47,574 bases of DNA from Escherichia phage RobRod40: the sequence record OR896835.1; one strand, given 5' to 3'. Position 1 is the stretch's first letter. Each line of letters opens with the position of its first letter. A program made the translations under genes and the position numbers. This document shows, piece after piece, positions 1-9,401 of this stretch. Under the pieces are notes generated by a model, which saw only the letters and a list, made by a program, of their open reading frames with translations, ran no database searches and was not told the DNA's origin.

Positions 1-1572
1 ATGAGTGATTTAATCGTCTGGGATGAACTGACATACGCAGAAAAGATGGCTATCAAGGCCATCTCTGAGCATAGTTTCGAGGGGTTCTTGCGGTGCTTCT
101 TCCAGATAACTCAGGGTGAGAGATTTAAAATGAATTGGCATGCGAAGTACCTTTGCCGCGTCATAGATGAGATTCTTGAGGGTAAGAGAAAGGACACCAT
201 CATAAACGTAGCTCCCGGATCAGCCAAAACAGAACTATTTAGCATTCACTTCCCTGTATATAGCATGATTAAGATTAAGAAGGTCAGGAATCTTAGCTTG
301 TCATTCTCTGACTCATTGGTTAAGCGTAACTCTAAGCGCGTTCGTGACCTGATTAAGTCAAAGGAATTCCAGGAACTATGGCCATGCTCCTTCGGAACGT
401 GCAGGGATGACGAGATTCAGGTACTGGATGAGAATGGTAAAGTTAGGTTTGAATCTATATCTAAGGCGATGGCTGGACAGGTGACGGGAAGTAGGGGTGG
501 ATACATGACTGACGATTATAGTGGCTGCATAATGCTGGATGACCCACTAAAACCTGATGACGCGCTAAGTAATGTAAGAAGAGAGGCTGTCAATATGCTT
601 CTCAAGAACACAATTCGTTCACGTCGAGCTAGCTCAGTAAAGGGAAAGGAAACGCCAATACTTGCCGTGCAGCAAAGACTTCATGTTCTGGACACTAGCA
701 ACTTCATGGAGTCAGGGAAAATGGGCATCAAGTTCGACGTAGTGAAAGTTCCAGCCATAGTCACAGAGGATTACGCCGACACGCTTCCTGAGTGGATCAG
801 GCAACAATTTATTGATGATGTTCTTTCATCACCATTTGTAGAGCGTGATGGTGTTAAGTATTACAGCTACTTTCCGGAAAAGGAGTCAATAGAAGACTTG
901 ATGGCCATGCGGGATGCTGACCCGTATACATTCCTAAGTCAGTACGCTCAAGAACCTGTAGCACTAGGTGGCAACCTAATCAACGTAGATTGGTTCCAGA
1001 GAATTAGCGATACGTTCAGGAACCCAGTTAAGTACGATTATAGATTCATAACTTGCGATACTGCGATGACTACAAAGAGTTATAGTGACTTCTCCGTGCT
1101 TCAGTTGTGGGGATATAAGGATGCTAAGATTTACCTGATAGACCAGCGCAGGGGCAAATGGGAGGCACCAGAGTTGGAAGCTGAACTACTCGATTTTGAG
1201 AAGAAATCAAGGGCAACCAGTCAGTCAGATGGCATCCTTCGAAAAATTATCATCGAGAAGAAAGCTTCTGGTATCGGCCTGATTCAATCGGCAGGTAGGG
1301 TAATGCGAACGCCGATAGAGCCATACGTTCCGGATAACGATAAGCTGACTCGCGTAATGAGCGCATTGCCACAAATTAAAGCTGGTAACGTAGTTCTTCC
1401 AGAATCAGCACCATGGCTAAGCGGATTACTTACGGAGATTGCGGCCTTTACGGCAGACGACTCACATAAGCATGATGACCAAATTGACTGTCTAACAATG
1501 GCGGTAAACCTTGTTCTCAATATAGCAGATGATCCAAAATCAAGAATGCTTCGCCTTGCCGGAATAAAATAG
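1..1572 (+). CDS. terminase large subunit
   Basis: 523-aa ORF starting at window base 1; P-loop-like segment VAPGSAKT near N-terminus; sits directly upstream of portal and (circularly) downstream of terS-like gene and HNH at window end. Confidence 0.8.
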   Translation: MSDLIVWDELTYAEKMAIKAISEHSFEGFLRCFFQITQGERFKMNWHAKYLCRVIDEILEGKRKDTIINVAPGSAKTELFSIHFPVYSMIKIKKVRNLSLSFSDSLVKRNSKRVRDLIKSKEFQELWPCSFGTCRDDEIQVLDENGKVRFESISKAMAGQVTGSRGGYMTDDYSGCIMLDDPLKPDDALSNVRREAVNMLLKNTIRSRRASSVKGKETPILAVQQRLHVLDTSNFMESGKMGIKFDVVKVPAIVTEDYADTLPEWIRQQFIDDVLSSPFVERDGVKYYSYFPEKESIEDLMAMRDADPYTFLSQYAQEPVALGGNLINVDWFQRISDTFRNPVKYDYRFITCDTAMTTKSYSDFSVLQLWGYKDAKIYLIDQRRGKWEAPELEAELLDFEKKSRATSQSDGILRKIIIEKKASGIGLIQSAGRVMRTPIEPYVPDNDKLTRVMSALPQIKAGNVVLPESAPWLSGLLTEIAAFTADDSHKHDDQIDCLTMAVNLVLNIADDPKSRMLRLAGIK

Positions 1573-1612
1573 CACTTTATGCAAAGAATAAAGCTCACGG
1601 ATGAGCTAACAT
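1569..1612 (+). promoter_or_regulatory. conserved promoter-like module (variant ATAGCAC-ttt-ATGCAAAG, 22 bp, TAACAT)
   Basis: terL stop TAG embedded in motif; spacer holds palindrome GCTCAcggaTGAGC; precedes HNH paralog 1. Confidence 0.5.
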
Positions 1613-1635
1613 AATCAAAAAAAAGAGGGTGTATT

Positions 1636-2112
1636 ATGAATTGGGCTGAATTTTTTAGATACGAAGATGGAAATCTGGTAAGGGTTATCACAACCTCAAG
1701 TAGAGCTATTGAGGGCATGGTTGCTGGAAGCTTGCCTGGCAATGGCTATCTGCACATAAGAATAGGCGACAGGCGTGTAAAAAACCATCGCATAATTTGG
1801 GAGATGCACAATGGAAGGATACCAGAAGGGATGGAGATATATCATATCAATCACATAAAGACAGATAACAGGATCGAGAATTTAAGGCTCGTAAGTCACA
1901 AACAGAACCTATCAAACGCATCGCTTAGGTCCGACTCGTCAACTGGTACGAGTGGCGTTAGTTGGAACAGAAACAGGCAGAAGTGGCACGCTTATATAAA
2001 GTCTAACTACAAGAGGATGCACATAGGATTTTTTGATTCCTTTGATAACGCCGTAGCAGCAAGAAAGAAAAAGGAGATTGAACTGGGATTTCATGAGAAT
2101 CACGGAAAATAG
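1636..2112 (+). CDS. HNH homing endonuclease (paralog 1)
   Basis: MNW..F.Y.DG N-terminus, WEMHNG and HINHIKTDNRIENLR motifs; RBS AAGAGGG upstream; shares these motifs with three other ORFs in window. Confidence 0.85.
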   Translation: MNWAEFFRYEDGNLVRVITTSSRAIEGMVAGSLPGNGYLHIRIGDRRVKNHRIIWEMHNGRIPEGMEIYHINHIKTDNRIENLRLVSHKQNLSNASLRSDSSTGTSGVSWNRNRQKWHAYIKSNYKRMHIGFFDSFDNAVAARKKKEIELGFHENHGK

Positions 2113-2152
2113 CACTAATTGCTAAACATCAACACCAAGTATGGAGTATAGT
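2109..2152 (+). promoter_or_regulatory. conserved promoter-like module (ATAGCAC-taa-TTGCTAAA, 22 bp, TATAGT)
   Basis: Stop TAG of HNH embedded; followed by TACCTCACGAAAACGAG leader and RBS. Confidence 0.6.
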
Positions 2153-2183
2153 TACCTCACGAAAACGAGAGGAGAAAAGACAA

Positions 2184-2570
2184 ATGAAAAGCATTTCAAA
2201 AGCTGTATATCTTGGCAACACTAATGGGGAGTATTATGGTTTTACTGTAGGTAATACATATAGTGTTAAATATTTTGAAGCTATAAGTGAAAACTGTTTT
2301 TGGTGTTCAGATGATGATGGTGTTTACCGATATGTCAAAAACGGACCATTGCACAAGTTTAAACTAAGTGATGAGGATGGCTATTTTGTAACTGAGGCTG
2401 AATGCGAAGTCATGCCCCCTATAGACGATAAAAAACCCGAGCTTAGATATTACATCAACGGACATGAGGTTGACGTGATTGAGTTCGGAAATGTTGGCCG
2501 TACTGTATATGAGCTTGATCGGGATGGCATAAAGTGCGACACAATCAAGTTCGAAGTAAAATTCGAGTAA
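2184..2570 (+). CDS. hypothetical protein (accessory gene between HNH and portal)
   Basis: 128-aa ORF with RBS GAGAGGAG; own upstream promoter-like module and downstream terminator. Confidence 0.6.
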   Translation: MKSISKAVYLGNTNGEYYGFTVGNTYSVKYFEAISENCFWCSDDDGVYRYVKNGPLHKFKLSDEDGYFVTEAECEVMPPIDDKKPELRYYINGHEVDVIEFGNVGRTVYELDRDGIKCDTIKFEVKFE

Positions 2571-2592
2571 CCATAAAAGCTATGATAAACTA

Positions 2593-2616
2593 AGCCCCTA
2601 TATGGGGCTTTTTTAT
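2593..2616 (+). terminator. rho-independent terminator
   Basis: GC hairpin AGCCCC-tata-GGGGCT followed by T-run. Confidence 0.7.
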
Positions 2617-2627
2617 TGGAGAAAAAC

Positions 2628-3881
2628 ATGGTCAAGACAGACAGCTACGCCAATATCTTTCTCGGCGGTAGTGATGGTAGTGAGATTTACGGAAGTTTAC
2701 AGAATCAGGCACCAACAATTCTGGCCTCGCTTTACGCGGATAATGCTCTAGTGCGTCGAATTATCGACACAATCCCAGAGACGGCATTGGCGGCAGGATT
2801 CCATATTGATGGTATTGATGATGAGCCTGCATTCTGGTCGCGCTGGGATGATTTAGAAATGACGCAGAATATTAACGATGCATGGTCATGGGCTAGGTTG
2901 TTCGGCGGGGCTGCTATTGTCGCTATCGTTAAGGACAATAGAGCGCTAACAAGTCCGGTAAGAGAAGGAGCGGAACTTGAAACTGTTCGCGTTTACGACC
3001 GTACACAAGTAAAGGTTCAAACTCGCGAGGAGAATCCACGCAATGCACGTTTTGGTAAGCCACTTACCTATCGCATCACCACTAACGAAAGCGATATGTT
3101 TTACGATGTGCATTACAGCCGCATTCACGTCATCGATGGCGAGAGAATTCCTAACGTAATGCGTCGGCAAAATGATGGCTGGGGCCGCAGCGTTCTTTCC
3201 AGTGATATTCTTGACTCAATCAAGGATTACACCAATTGCGAACGACTCGCCACCCAGCTGCTGAGACGCAAGCAACAGGCGGTGTGGAAAGCCAAAGGTC
3301 TGGCTGAGCTGTGTGATGATAGCGAAGGATTTGGTGCCGCGCGCTTGCGACTTGCTCAGGTAGATAACAACAGTGGAGTTGGTCAGGCGATTGGTATTGA
3401 CGCGGAATCTGAAGAATATAGCGTTCTAAACTCTGATATTGGCGGGATTGATGCGTTTCTGGACAAGAAGCTCGATAGAATCGTTGCACTGAGCGGTATT
3501 CATGAAATAATCCTGAAGAACAAGAACGTTGGCGGTGTATCATCAAGCCAGAACACGGCTTTGGAGACATTCCACAAGCTAGTTGACCGCAAGCGTAATA
3601 GCGAGCTACTTCCTATTCTTGAGTTCTTAATCCCGTTCATTGTTAATGTGTCTGAATGGTCAGTGGAGTTTAACCCATTAGCTCAGGAGTCAAGCAAGGA
3701 TAAAGCGGAAATTCTGGAGAAGAACGTAAACAGCATCGCGGCACTAATTGCAGCTGGAGCTATGGATACTAACGAGGCTCGTGATACACTACGCACTATC
3801 GCGCCAGAGATTAAGATTGGTGATGGTGATATTGAGGCTCCGGAACAAGAACCCGCAGAGGAGGTTGTGATTAATGAGTAA
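2628..3881 (+). CDS. portal protein
   Basis: ~417-aa ORF after terL; ATG at 2628 preceded by GGAG (ORF-track start 2616 is TTG); size and position typical of siphovirus portal. Confidence 0.7.
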   Translation: MVKTDSYANIFLGGSDGSEIYGSLQNQAPTILASLYADNALVRRIIDTIPETALAAGFHIDGIDDEPAFWSRWDDLEMTQNINDAWSWARLFGGAAIVAIVKDNRALTSPVREGAELETVRVYDRTQVKVQTREENPRNARFGKPLTYRITTNESDMFYDVHYSRIHVIDGERIPNVMRRQNDGWGRSVLSSDILDSIKDYTNCERLATQLLRRKQQAVWKAKGLAELCDDSEGFGAARLRLAQVDNNSGVGQAIGIDAESEEYSVLNSDIGGIDAFLDKKLDRIVALSGIHEIILKNKNVGGVSSSQNTALETFHKLVDRKRNSELLPILEFLIPFIVNVSEWSVEFNPLAQESSKDKAEILEKNVNSIAALIAAGAMDTNEARDTLRTIAPEIKIGDGDIEAPEQEPAEEVVINE

Positions 3882-4962
3882 AATCCGCTATGACAGCGCA
3901 AAGTTTAAAGCAACAATCGACGAGAATGGATTCTTAGTCGACACACCAGTAGTTGCACGTCTCGGCGTGCAAGTCTACTACATGGAAGACGGGCGCACTG
4001 TTCGAGAGTTTCGCCCAGCAGAGGAGGTTTTCAAGGAGGAATCACTCGCAAGTTACCAGGGCAAGCCAATGACTATGGACCATGTTTTCGTTAACTCTGA
4101 GAACGCTAAAGAAGTAGTGGTGGGTTCCGTTAGTGGCAAAGCTGAGCCATTAGGTAGCTCCGTGGTTGCTCCTATCGTTGTTTACGACAATACAGCCATT
4201 CAGGAAGCTATGGCAGGTAACGCTAAGGAGTTATCGGTTGGATACTCTGCGATTCTTGACGAAACTCCAGGTTGGGGCGACCCTGTTACTGGTGAATACG
4301 TCCTTAAATCTGATGGTGATCAATTCGATGCGCCAGAAGGATGGCAGGAGTTCGACGCAATTCAGCGTGATATTAAAGTTAACCATCTCGCAATGGTGTA
4401 TCGCGGTCGCGCAGGTATTGCCAAATTGAATATGGACGGTGAGCAGGAAAACCCGTATACTACTGACGTTGATATCAATAAAGAGGATAAACAGGAAATG
4501 ACAATTAAGATTAAACTCGACGGCGCACAGGAATTTGAAGTTGCCCCGGAAATCGCTTCTCACATCGAAGCACTGAACGCAAAGGCCGATACCGCAATCG
4601 CTGAGCGTGATGCACTGAAAGCTAAAGTAGATGCTATGCCAGAGGAAATCGAAGCCGCTGTAGCCAAAGCAAAAGCTGATGCTGATGCTCTCGCCGCTCT
4701 GGTTGCTGTTGCTGCTGAGGCTGGCGTTAAGGCTGATGGTATGGATTCTAAAGGAATCAAAGTAGCTTACGTTAAAGAAGTCTCCGGTCTTGATGTTGCT
4801 GAGAAATCTGACGCGTACATCGACGCAGCGTTCGACATTGCCAAAGAATCTGATAAAATGGCTGAAGTACGTAAAGCGACTACCGCTTCCGACAAATCTG
4901 ACAGCGCCAATGAGCCTAAGAAATTAGACCCGCGTGCTCGTTTAGCTAAAATTAAGAAATAA
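3874..4962 (+). CDS. putative head morphogenesis / scaffolding protein (possible prohead protease domain)
   Basis: 362 aa; globular N-terminal half then Ala/Glu/Lys-rich predicted coiled coil (AKADTAIAERDALKAKVDAMPEEIEAAVAKAKADADALAALVAVAAEAG); start overlaps portal stop. Confidence 0.5.
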   Translation: MSKIRYDSAKFKATIDENGFLVDTPVVARLGVQVYYMEDGRTVREFRPAEEVFKEESLASYQGKPMTMDHVFVNSENAKEVVVGSVSGKAEPLGSSVVAPIVVYDNTAIQEAMAGNAKELSVGYSAILDETPGWGDPVTGEYVLKSDGDQFDAPEGWQEFDAIQRDIKVNHLAMVYRGRAGIAKLNMDGEQENPYTTDVDINKEDKQEMTIKIKLDGAQEFEVAPEIASHIEALNAKADTAIAERDALKAKVDAMPEEIEAAVAKAKADADALAALVAVAAEAGVKADGMDSKGIKVAYVKEVSGLDVAEKSDAYIDAAFDIAKESDKMAEVRKATTASDKSDSANEPKKLDPRARLAKIKK

Positions 4963-4974
4963 GGAGTTATAAAC

Positions 4975-5496
4975 ATGGCAATTCGTTCCGTAGCACTGGC
5001 TGGTATGGTTTCTGATACCTCTCTCTATAACATCGACGGCGCTTGTGTTGTTGGTGGCGCAGCAGCAATTCCTGTTGGCACTGTCGTTGGTGTTACATCC
5101 GCTCAGCCTGTAGATGGTCACAAGGTTGTTGGCCTTCCCGCCGTAACTGGTACGCCAGTCAAACCTTATGGTGTTGTTGTTAAATCTCATTACGAGACCC
5201 CAGATGGTACGGCTCGCGTAAATGAAGCAGTTAACGTAATGACTCATGGTCGCATCTGGGTACGCACCACTCTAGCAGCTGCGCCAGTTTTTGGTAGCAA
5301 GGTTTTCGTAAACGCAAGTGGTGTTGTTGTTGCTGAAGCGGCTGGCACTACTTGGGAGACTGGTTTTACATTTGCTGGTGGTTATGCGTCTGCTTATGCT
5401 GGCGGCGCTAACCCAATCAAGCAAGGTGAAAGCTACGATGGTGCAATCGTTGAGGTTCAGCTGATTCAATCCGCTGACTCAGCTGTCGCAGCTTAA
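4975..5496 (+). CDS. putative capsid decoration / structural protein
   Basis: 173 aa, Gly/Val/Ala-rich; strong RBS TAAGGAG; followed by rho-independent terminator; position between scaffold and capsid. Confidence 0.45.
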   Translation: MAIRSVALAGMVSDTSLYNIDGACVVGGAAAIPVGTVVGVTSAQPVDGHKVVGLPAVTGTPVKPYGVVVKSHYETPDGTARVNEAVNVMTHGRIWVRTTLAAAPVFGSKVFVNASGVVVAEAAGTTWETGFTFAGGYASAYAGGANPIKQGESYDGAIVEVQLIQSADSAVAA

Positions 5497-5502
5497 TTAC
5501 AC

Positions 5503-5523
5503 GGCCCTTCGGGGCCTTTTTTA
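5503..5523 (+). terminator. rho-independent terminator
   Basis: GGCCC-ttcg-GGGCC hairpin then TTTTTT. Confidence 0.75.
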
Positions 5524-5534
5524 ATGGAGGCTTT

Positions 5535-6080
5535 ATGATAAAAGTATTTTCTGGTGACTTCGAGTTCGCGCATGAGGCTGATGCATTTCTTAATGATGCA
5601 ATTTCCTCAGGATTCAAATATCTAGTTAGATCTCTGAGCACATCACAAATGATTCAGGCCTATAGTCGCAGCGACACAACGCCAGGGAAAGGGGTTATAA
5701 GAAAGGACGGGGTGAGAGTTTTGGGTGTAGCCCTGTCTGACGACCCTAGATGCGGAGAATTGGTTGATGAATTTTCGGTTTTTAAGTCAGCGGAGTATGA
5801 GGAGTATACCCATGAGATTGATGGTGTATGGGTTAACTATATCCACAATGACTTCTTAGATAAATTAAATGATGGCTGGAGGACGGTTACAGACAACAGC
5901 GTATCTCCTTTAAGCTACTACTATCAGGTGTTGACGTGGTCATGGGAGTACAGCTACTATTACACAAGATCATCATCAACTTATGGTATTTGCTTTTTGG
6001 CTAGATTTGCAAATCATGATTCAACTAAAAAGTCTGGTTGGGCTTTAGTCAAGTACGAAGAAGTTGACTCTCCAGAGTAA
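5535..6080 (+). CDS. hypothetical protein (terminator-flanked, moron-like)
   Basis: 181-aa ORF, RBS GGAGG; flanked on both sides by strong terminators; Tyr/Ser-rich C-terminus. Confidence 0.55.
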   Translation: MIKVFSGDFEFAHEADAFLNDAISSGFKYLVRSLSTSQMIQAYSRSDTTPGKGVIRKDGVRVLGVALSDDPRCGELVDEFSVFKSAEYEEYTHEIDGVWVNYIHNDFLDKLNDGWRTVTDNSVSPLSYYYQVLTWSWEYSYYYTRSSSTYGICFLARFANHDSTKKSGWALVKYEEVDSPE

Positions 6081-6085
6081 ATTAA

Positions 6086-6109
6086 AGCCTCCTTCGGGAG
6101 GTTTTTTTA
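6086..6109 (+). terminator. rho-independent terminator
   Basis: CCTCC-ttcg-GGAGG hairpin then TTTTTTT. Confidence 0.75.
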
Positions 6110-6161
6110 TGCCTGTAATCTGTTAGACTTATTAAGTATATTAACCAATCAGGAGATTAAG

Positions 6162-7595
6162 ATGGCTAGTGAATTAAGAGCAGTGACTGCTGGTACTGCC
6201 CATGCCCTAAAGCAAAAAATCACCGAATACATAGCTGAAGGTTGGCAGCCTTATGGCAGGATCCTTAATGCTGGGGCGACAAGTGTTGGCATTATAATGG
6301 CGAAAGGTACTGAGGCAAACATTACTGATGTTGATGTTATTACCGCAGATTCAAGGGCTTCCTTAGTTTCTAAGATTAACTCATCCATAGAAAATGGATT
6401 TGAGATGTTCGGCGAGCAGGAAGTGAACGCAAGTAGATTTATCGCATTCATGACTAAAGGGTCTCAAGGTTCATCTGGTGGCGGTGGTGAACCTGGACCA
6501 ATTGGACCAAAGGGTGATAAGGGAGATAAGGGTGACAAGGGAGACGTTGGTGAGCGCGGACCCGCTGGCGTAGCTGGTTCTGCTGGCGCTACAGGCCCGA
6601 CAGGCCCTCAGGGTTTAACTGGACCTGCTGGCGAAAAAGGTGATACTGGAGAGCAAGGCCCAATTGGCCCTACTGGTCCCACTGGCCCAAAGGGTGATAC
6701 TGGCGCAACTGGCCCCGCCGGACCGCAAGGCCCAAGAGGATTGCAAGGTGAACAGGGGGTTCCGGGCGAGGTTGGACCGGCTGGCTTGACATTCCAGGGC
6801 GCATGGGATTCTGCCTCCACATATGTGAAGGATGACACTGTAGTTTATGATGGATCTACTTGGTTTGCTCCAGATGCTGTAGCCTCAGGTTTGGTTCCAG
6901 GTGTTGCTCCTGAGTGGATCCTTTTAGCTGCACAAGGCGCAAGGGGAGAGGATGGTCCGCAGGGTCCGGTTGGCCCTCAGGGTTTACAGGGTGCCACTGG
7001 CCCGGCAGGTCCTACTGGCGCTACTGGCGCTACAGGTCCGCAAGGTCCCAGAGGTATACAAGGTCAAACCGGCCCGGCAGGTCCAGCAGGTCCTCAGGGT
7101 GAGGCTGGTCCTCAGGGTATTCAGGGACCACAGGGTATCGCTGGACCTCAGGGATTAACTGGCCCTCAGGGTCCAAAGGGTGATAAAGGTGATGCTCCTT
7201 ACACATTGTTTAACTCGCAGAACGTTACATCAACATACATTGAAATCCCCATTCCGCAAGTAACCAACACTGTACTTAGGGTTAGGCTTTCAGGTGCCAA
7301 CTTTGAATATAGCGTTTTAAGTAAAGGTGGCGCTAATAGATATGTTGACTTTTACACATTCATCCCGTCATTAACCAGCTCAACGGGTAACATCTATACC
7401 GGAGGAACCACCTTAACACCAACTGGTAGTCTTTTTTTGGGTAATTCCCCTGTGGCTCTCGGGTTAAGGGAGTTGACAATAACACTTAAGGAATGGGGTG
7501 ACAGGACACTAACTACAATAAAGGCGATACATCACGGCAGATCAGGTGACACAACAAGACCCTTGCAGATAACTATGTTTAGTAATAAGTATTAA
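6162..7595 (+). CDS. collagen-like repeat fibre protein
   Basis: Two long Gly-X-Y repeat tracts interrupted by a [13 protein letters not shown] tail-fibre-like segment; non-collagenous N- and C-terminal domains. Confidence 0.8.
   Translation: MASELRAVTAGTAHALKQKITEYIAEGWQPYGRILNAGATSVGIIMAKGTEANITDVDVITADSRASLVSKINSSIENGFEMFGEQEVNASRFIAFMTKGSQGSSGGGGEPGPIGPKGDKGDKGDKGDVGERGPAGVAGSAGATGPTGPQGLTGPAGEKGDTGEQGPIGPTGPTGPKGDTGATGPAGPQGPRGLQGEQGVPGEVGPAGLTFQGAWDSASTYVKDDTVVYDGSTWFAPDAVASGLVPGVAPEWILLAAQGARGEDGPQGPVGPQGLQGATGPAGPTGATGATGPQGPRGIQGQTGPAGPAGPQGEAGPQGIQGPQGIAGPQGLTGPQGPKGDKGDAPYTLFNSQNVTSTYIEIPIPQVTNTVLRVRLSGANFEYSVLSKGGANRYVDFYTFIPSLTSSTGNIYTGGTTLTPTGSLFLGNSPVALGLRELTITLKEWGDRTLTTIKAIHHGRSGDTTRPLQITMFSNKY
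6513..6548 (+). repeat. tandem 9-bp coding repeats (GGTGATAAG-like x4) in collagen-like gene
   Basis: ggtgataag ggagataag ggtgacaag ggagacgtt encoding [11 protein letters not shown]. Confidence 0.7.
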
Positions 7596-7609
7596 CAAAA
7601 AGCCCACCA

Positions 7610-7637
7610 TTGCGTGGGCTAAAAACTCGTGTATAAT
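7610..7637 (+). promoter_or_regulatory. candidate promoter for major capsid gene (TTGCGT-16-TGTATAAT)
   Basis: Perfect TATAAT at 7632-7637 with upstream TG; -35 region overlaps hairpin 7601-7620. Confidence 0.4.
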
Positions 7638-7675
7638 AAACCCGTAGACACCTAACTGAAAAGGAACAATAAAGA

Positions 7676-8620
7676 ATGGCCATTAAATTTGATGCAGAAC
7701 AAGCAAAAATCACCGCTCACCTCGAGCAAATGGGCGTAGATAAAGCTGATGCCGCCGGTATCTGGACCGTTAAGCAGCTGACCGCCACCCTGAATCGTGC
7801 TTACGAAAAAGAATATGCAGACAACTCCGTTGTTAACATCTTCCCTGTAACCAATGAAATCCCTGGTCACGCTAAGTATTTCGAATATCCAGAATTTGAT
7901 GGCGTTGGTATTGCTCAGATTATCGCGGATTACTCTGACGACCTGCCGCTGGTTGATGCTTTCATGACAGAGAAGCAAGGTAAAGTTTTCCGTTTCGGTA
8001 ACGCATTCCTGATTTCTACTGATGAAATTAAAGCAGGCGCTGCTACTGGTCAGTCTCTGTCAACTCGCAAACAGGCACTGGCTTTCGAAGCGCACGACAA
8101 CCTGCTGGATAAACTGGTTTGGTCTGGATCCACTCCGCACGGTATCGTGAGCGTATTCGACCAGCCGAACATCAACAACGTTGTTGCAACACCAGACTGG
8201 AGCGAGCCGCTGAACGCAATTAATGACGTTACTGCAATGATTGATGCGGTTGAGACTTCAACTCAGGGCTTCCATCACGTGACTGATATTCTACTTCCGG
8301 CATCTGCTCGCCGAGTAATGCAGGTTCTTGTTCCGAGTACTACCCTGAGCTACGGTGAGCTGTTCACCCGTAATAATCCGGGCCTGACTATTCGTTACAT
8401 GCAGTTCCTGGATAACTACGATGGCGCAGGTGGTAAGGCTGCTCTGGCGTTTGAAAAGAACCCGTTGAATATGTCTATCGAGATTCCAGAAGCTACAAAC
8501 GTACTTCCTGGTCAGCCGAAAGACTTGCACTTCAAGTACCCAGTAACTTCTAAAGCGACCGGTCTGATTGTTTATCGCCCTCTGACGATGGCAGTAATCA
8601 AAGGTATTACCTTCGCGTAA
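7676..8620 (+). CDS. major capsid protein
   Basis: 314 aa; own promoter with perfect TATAAT; strong terminator downstream; position in head module. Confidence 0.75.
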   Translation: MAIKFDAEQAKITAHLEQMGVDKADAAGIWTVKQLTATLNRAYEKEYADNSVVNIFPVTNEIPGHAKYFEYPEFDGVGIAQIIADYSDDLPLVDAFMTEKQGKVFRFGNAFLISTDEIKAGAATGQSLSTRKQALAFEAHDNLLDKLVWSGSTPHGIVSVFDQPNINNVVATPDWSEPLNAINDVTAMIDAVETSTQGFHHVTDILLPASARRVMQVLVPSTTLSYGELFTRNNPGLTIRYMQFLDNYDGAGGKAALAFEKNPLNMSIEIPEATNVLPGQPKDLHFKYPVTSKATGLIVYRPLTMAVIKGITFA

Positions 8621-8626
8621 TAAATC

Positions 8627-8649
8627 GCCCTCTTCGGAGGGCTTTTTTA
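8627..8649 (+). terminator. rho-independent terminator after major capsid gene
   Basis: GCCCTC-ttcg-GAGGGC hairpin then TTTTTT. Confidence 0.8.
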
Positions 8650-8653
8650 CGTC

Positions 8654-8682
8654 TGTACCAAATGGATTTGTTCGGTTATAAT
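8654..8682 (+). promoter_or_regulatory. candidate promoter with perfect -10 TATAAT (weak -35)
   Basis: TATAAT at 8677-8682 then AACAAAGGAG RBS; shares downstream layout with 46465-46494. Confidence 0.3.
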
Positions 8683-8712
8683 CACTCAATCAGATAAACA
8701 AAGGAGACAAAA

Positions 8713-8958
8713 ATGATTCGTTTAGAACACACTGGCGCTTGCCTTATCGTTTACAAGGGTGAGAAATATTTACCAGGCGACACTTTCGAGGTTGATGTAA
8801 TTTGCGACGGACTCAAGCGCTTAATCGCAGAGGGTAAGCTCACCATTGAGGGTGACACCAAAGCAACCAAGCAGATCGCGCAGGAAATTGTTAGCAAGAA
8901 GAAGCGCAAAGAACCGAAAACCATCTCCGAAGCTGAGACTGGTAACGAGTACAAATAA
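8713..8958 (+). CDS. hypothetical protein (Lys-rich C-terminus)
   Basis: 81-aa ORF, RBS AAGGAG; TATAAT promoter upstream; terminator-like hairpin downstream. Confidence 0.55.
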   Translation: MIRLEHTGACLIVYKGEKYLPGDTFEVDVICDGLKRLIAEGKLTIEGDTKATKQIAQEIVSKKKRKEPKTISEAETGNEYK

Positions 8959-8964
8959 CAAACA

Positions 8965-8986
8965 GGGCGCTTCAGCGTCCTTTATT
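8965..8986 (+). terminator. possible weak terminator
   Basis: GGGCGC-ttca-GCGTCC (one G-U) then TTTATT. Confidence 0.4.
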
Positions 8987-8999
8987 GTATGGAGCTAAT

Positions 9000-9401
9000 A
9001 TGAATGATGAAATTTTGGCGTTTATGCGATCTCTTGTTCCTGCGCTCAAGGAAGTGGATGATGAATCAATTAATGTGTGGGTCGATTTGGCACGCCTCTA
9101 CGTATGTGAGGATAAGTTTGGTAATGATGCAGATCGCGCTGTGGGCCTTTATGCACTACACCTGATGCTTTCTGATGGAGCGTTTAAGGGTGAGAATGAA
9201 GGCTTGGAAACATACAGCCGTAGAATGGCGAGTTATGCACTGAGCGGTGAATTCTCTATCACTTATGATAACCAGTCAGCAATTCAGGGCGACTTATCAT
9301 CTTCCTCCTGGGGCCGTATGTACAAAGCACTTCTCCGCAAGAAAGGTGGCGGCTTTGGATTGATTACTTCCGCTCGTGTCGGTGGGTGCGGTTGCCGATG
9401 A
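9000..9401 (+). CDS. putative head-tail connector/adaptor protein
   Basis: ATG at 9000 preceded by GGAG (track start 8985 is TTG); gene order between capsid and tail genes. Confidence 0.45.
   Translation: MNDEILAFMRSLVPALKEVDDESINVWVDLARLYVCEDKFGNDADRAVGLYALHLMLSDGAFKGENEGLETYSRRMASYALSGEFSITYDNQSAIQGDLSSSSWGRMYKALLRKKGGGFGLITSARVGGCGCR

Noticed and set aside
1569-1586. Interpretation of ATAGCAC-N3-TTGCTAAA as a sigma54 (-24/-12) promoter
   Set aside because: Resembles TGGCAC-N5-TTGC but the spacer is 3 nt rather than 5, the GG dinucleotide is AG, and a TATAAT-like box sits at fixed distance downstream; geometry does not fit sigma54.
6608-7158. Track ORFs 6608..6838 (-), 6914..7102 (+), 6952..7158 (+) inside the collagen-like gene
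   Set aside because: Low-complexity Pro/Gly/Arg-rich translations produced by the GC-rich collagen repeat in alternative frames; fully nested in the collagen-like CDS and lack RBS.
6450-7200. Possible CRISPR-like or noncoding repeat array suggested by periodic repeats
   Set aside because: Periodicity is the 9-bp Gly-X-Y codon repeat of a single long ORF with coherent protein sequence; no spacer/repeat structure.
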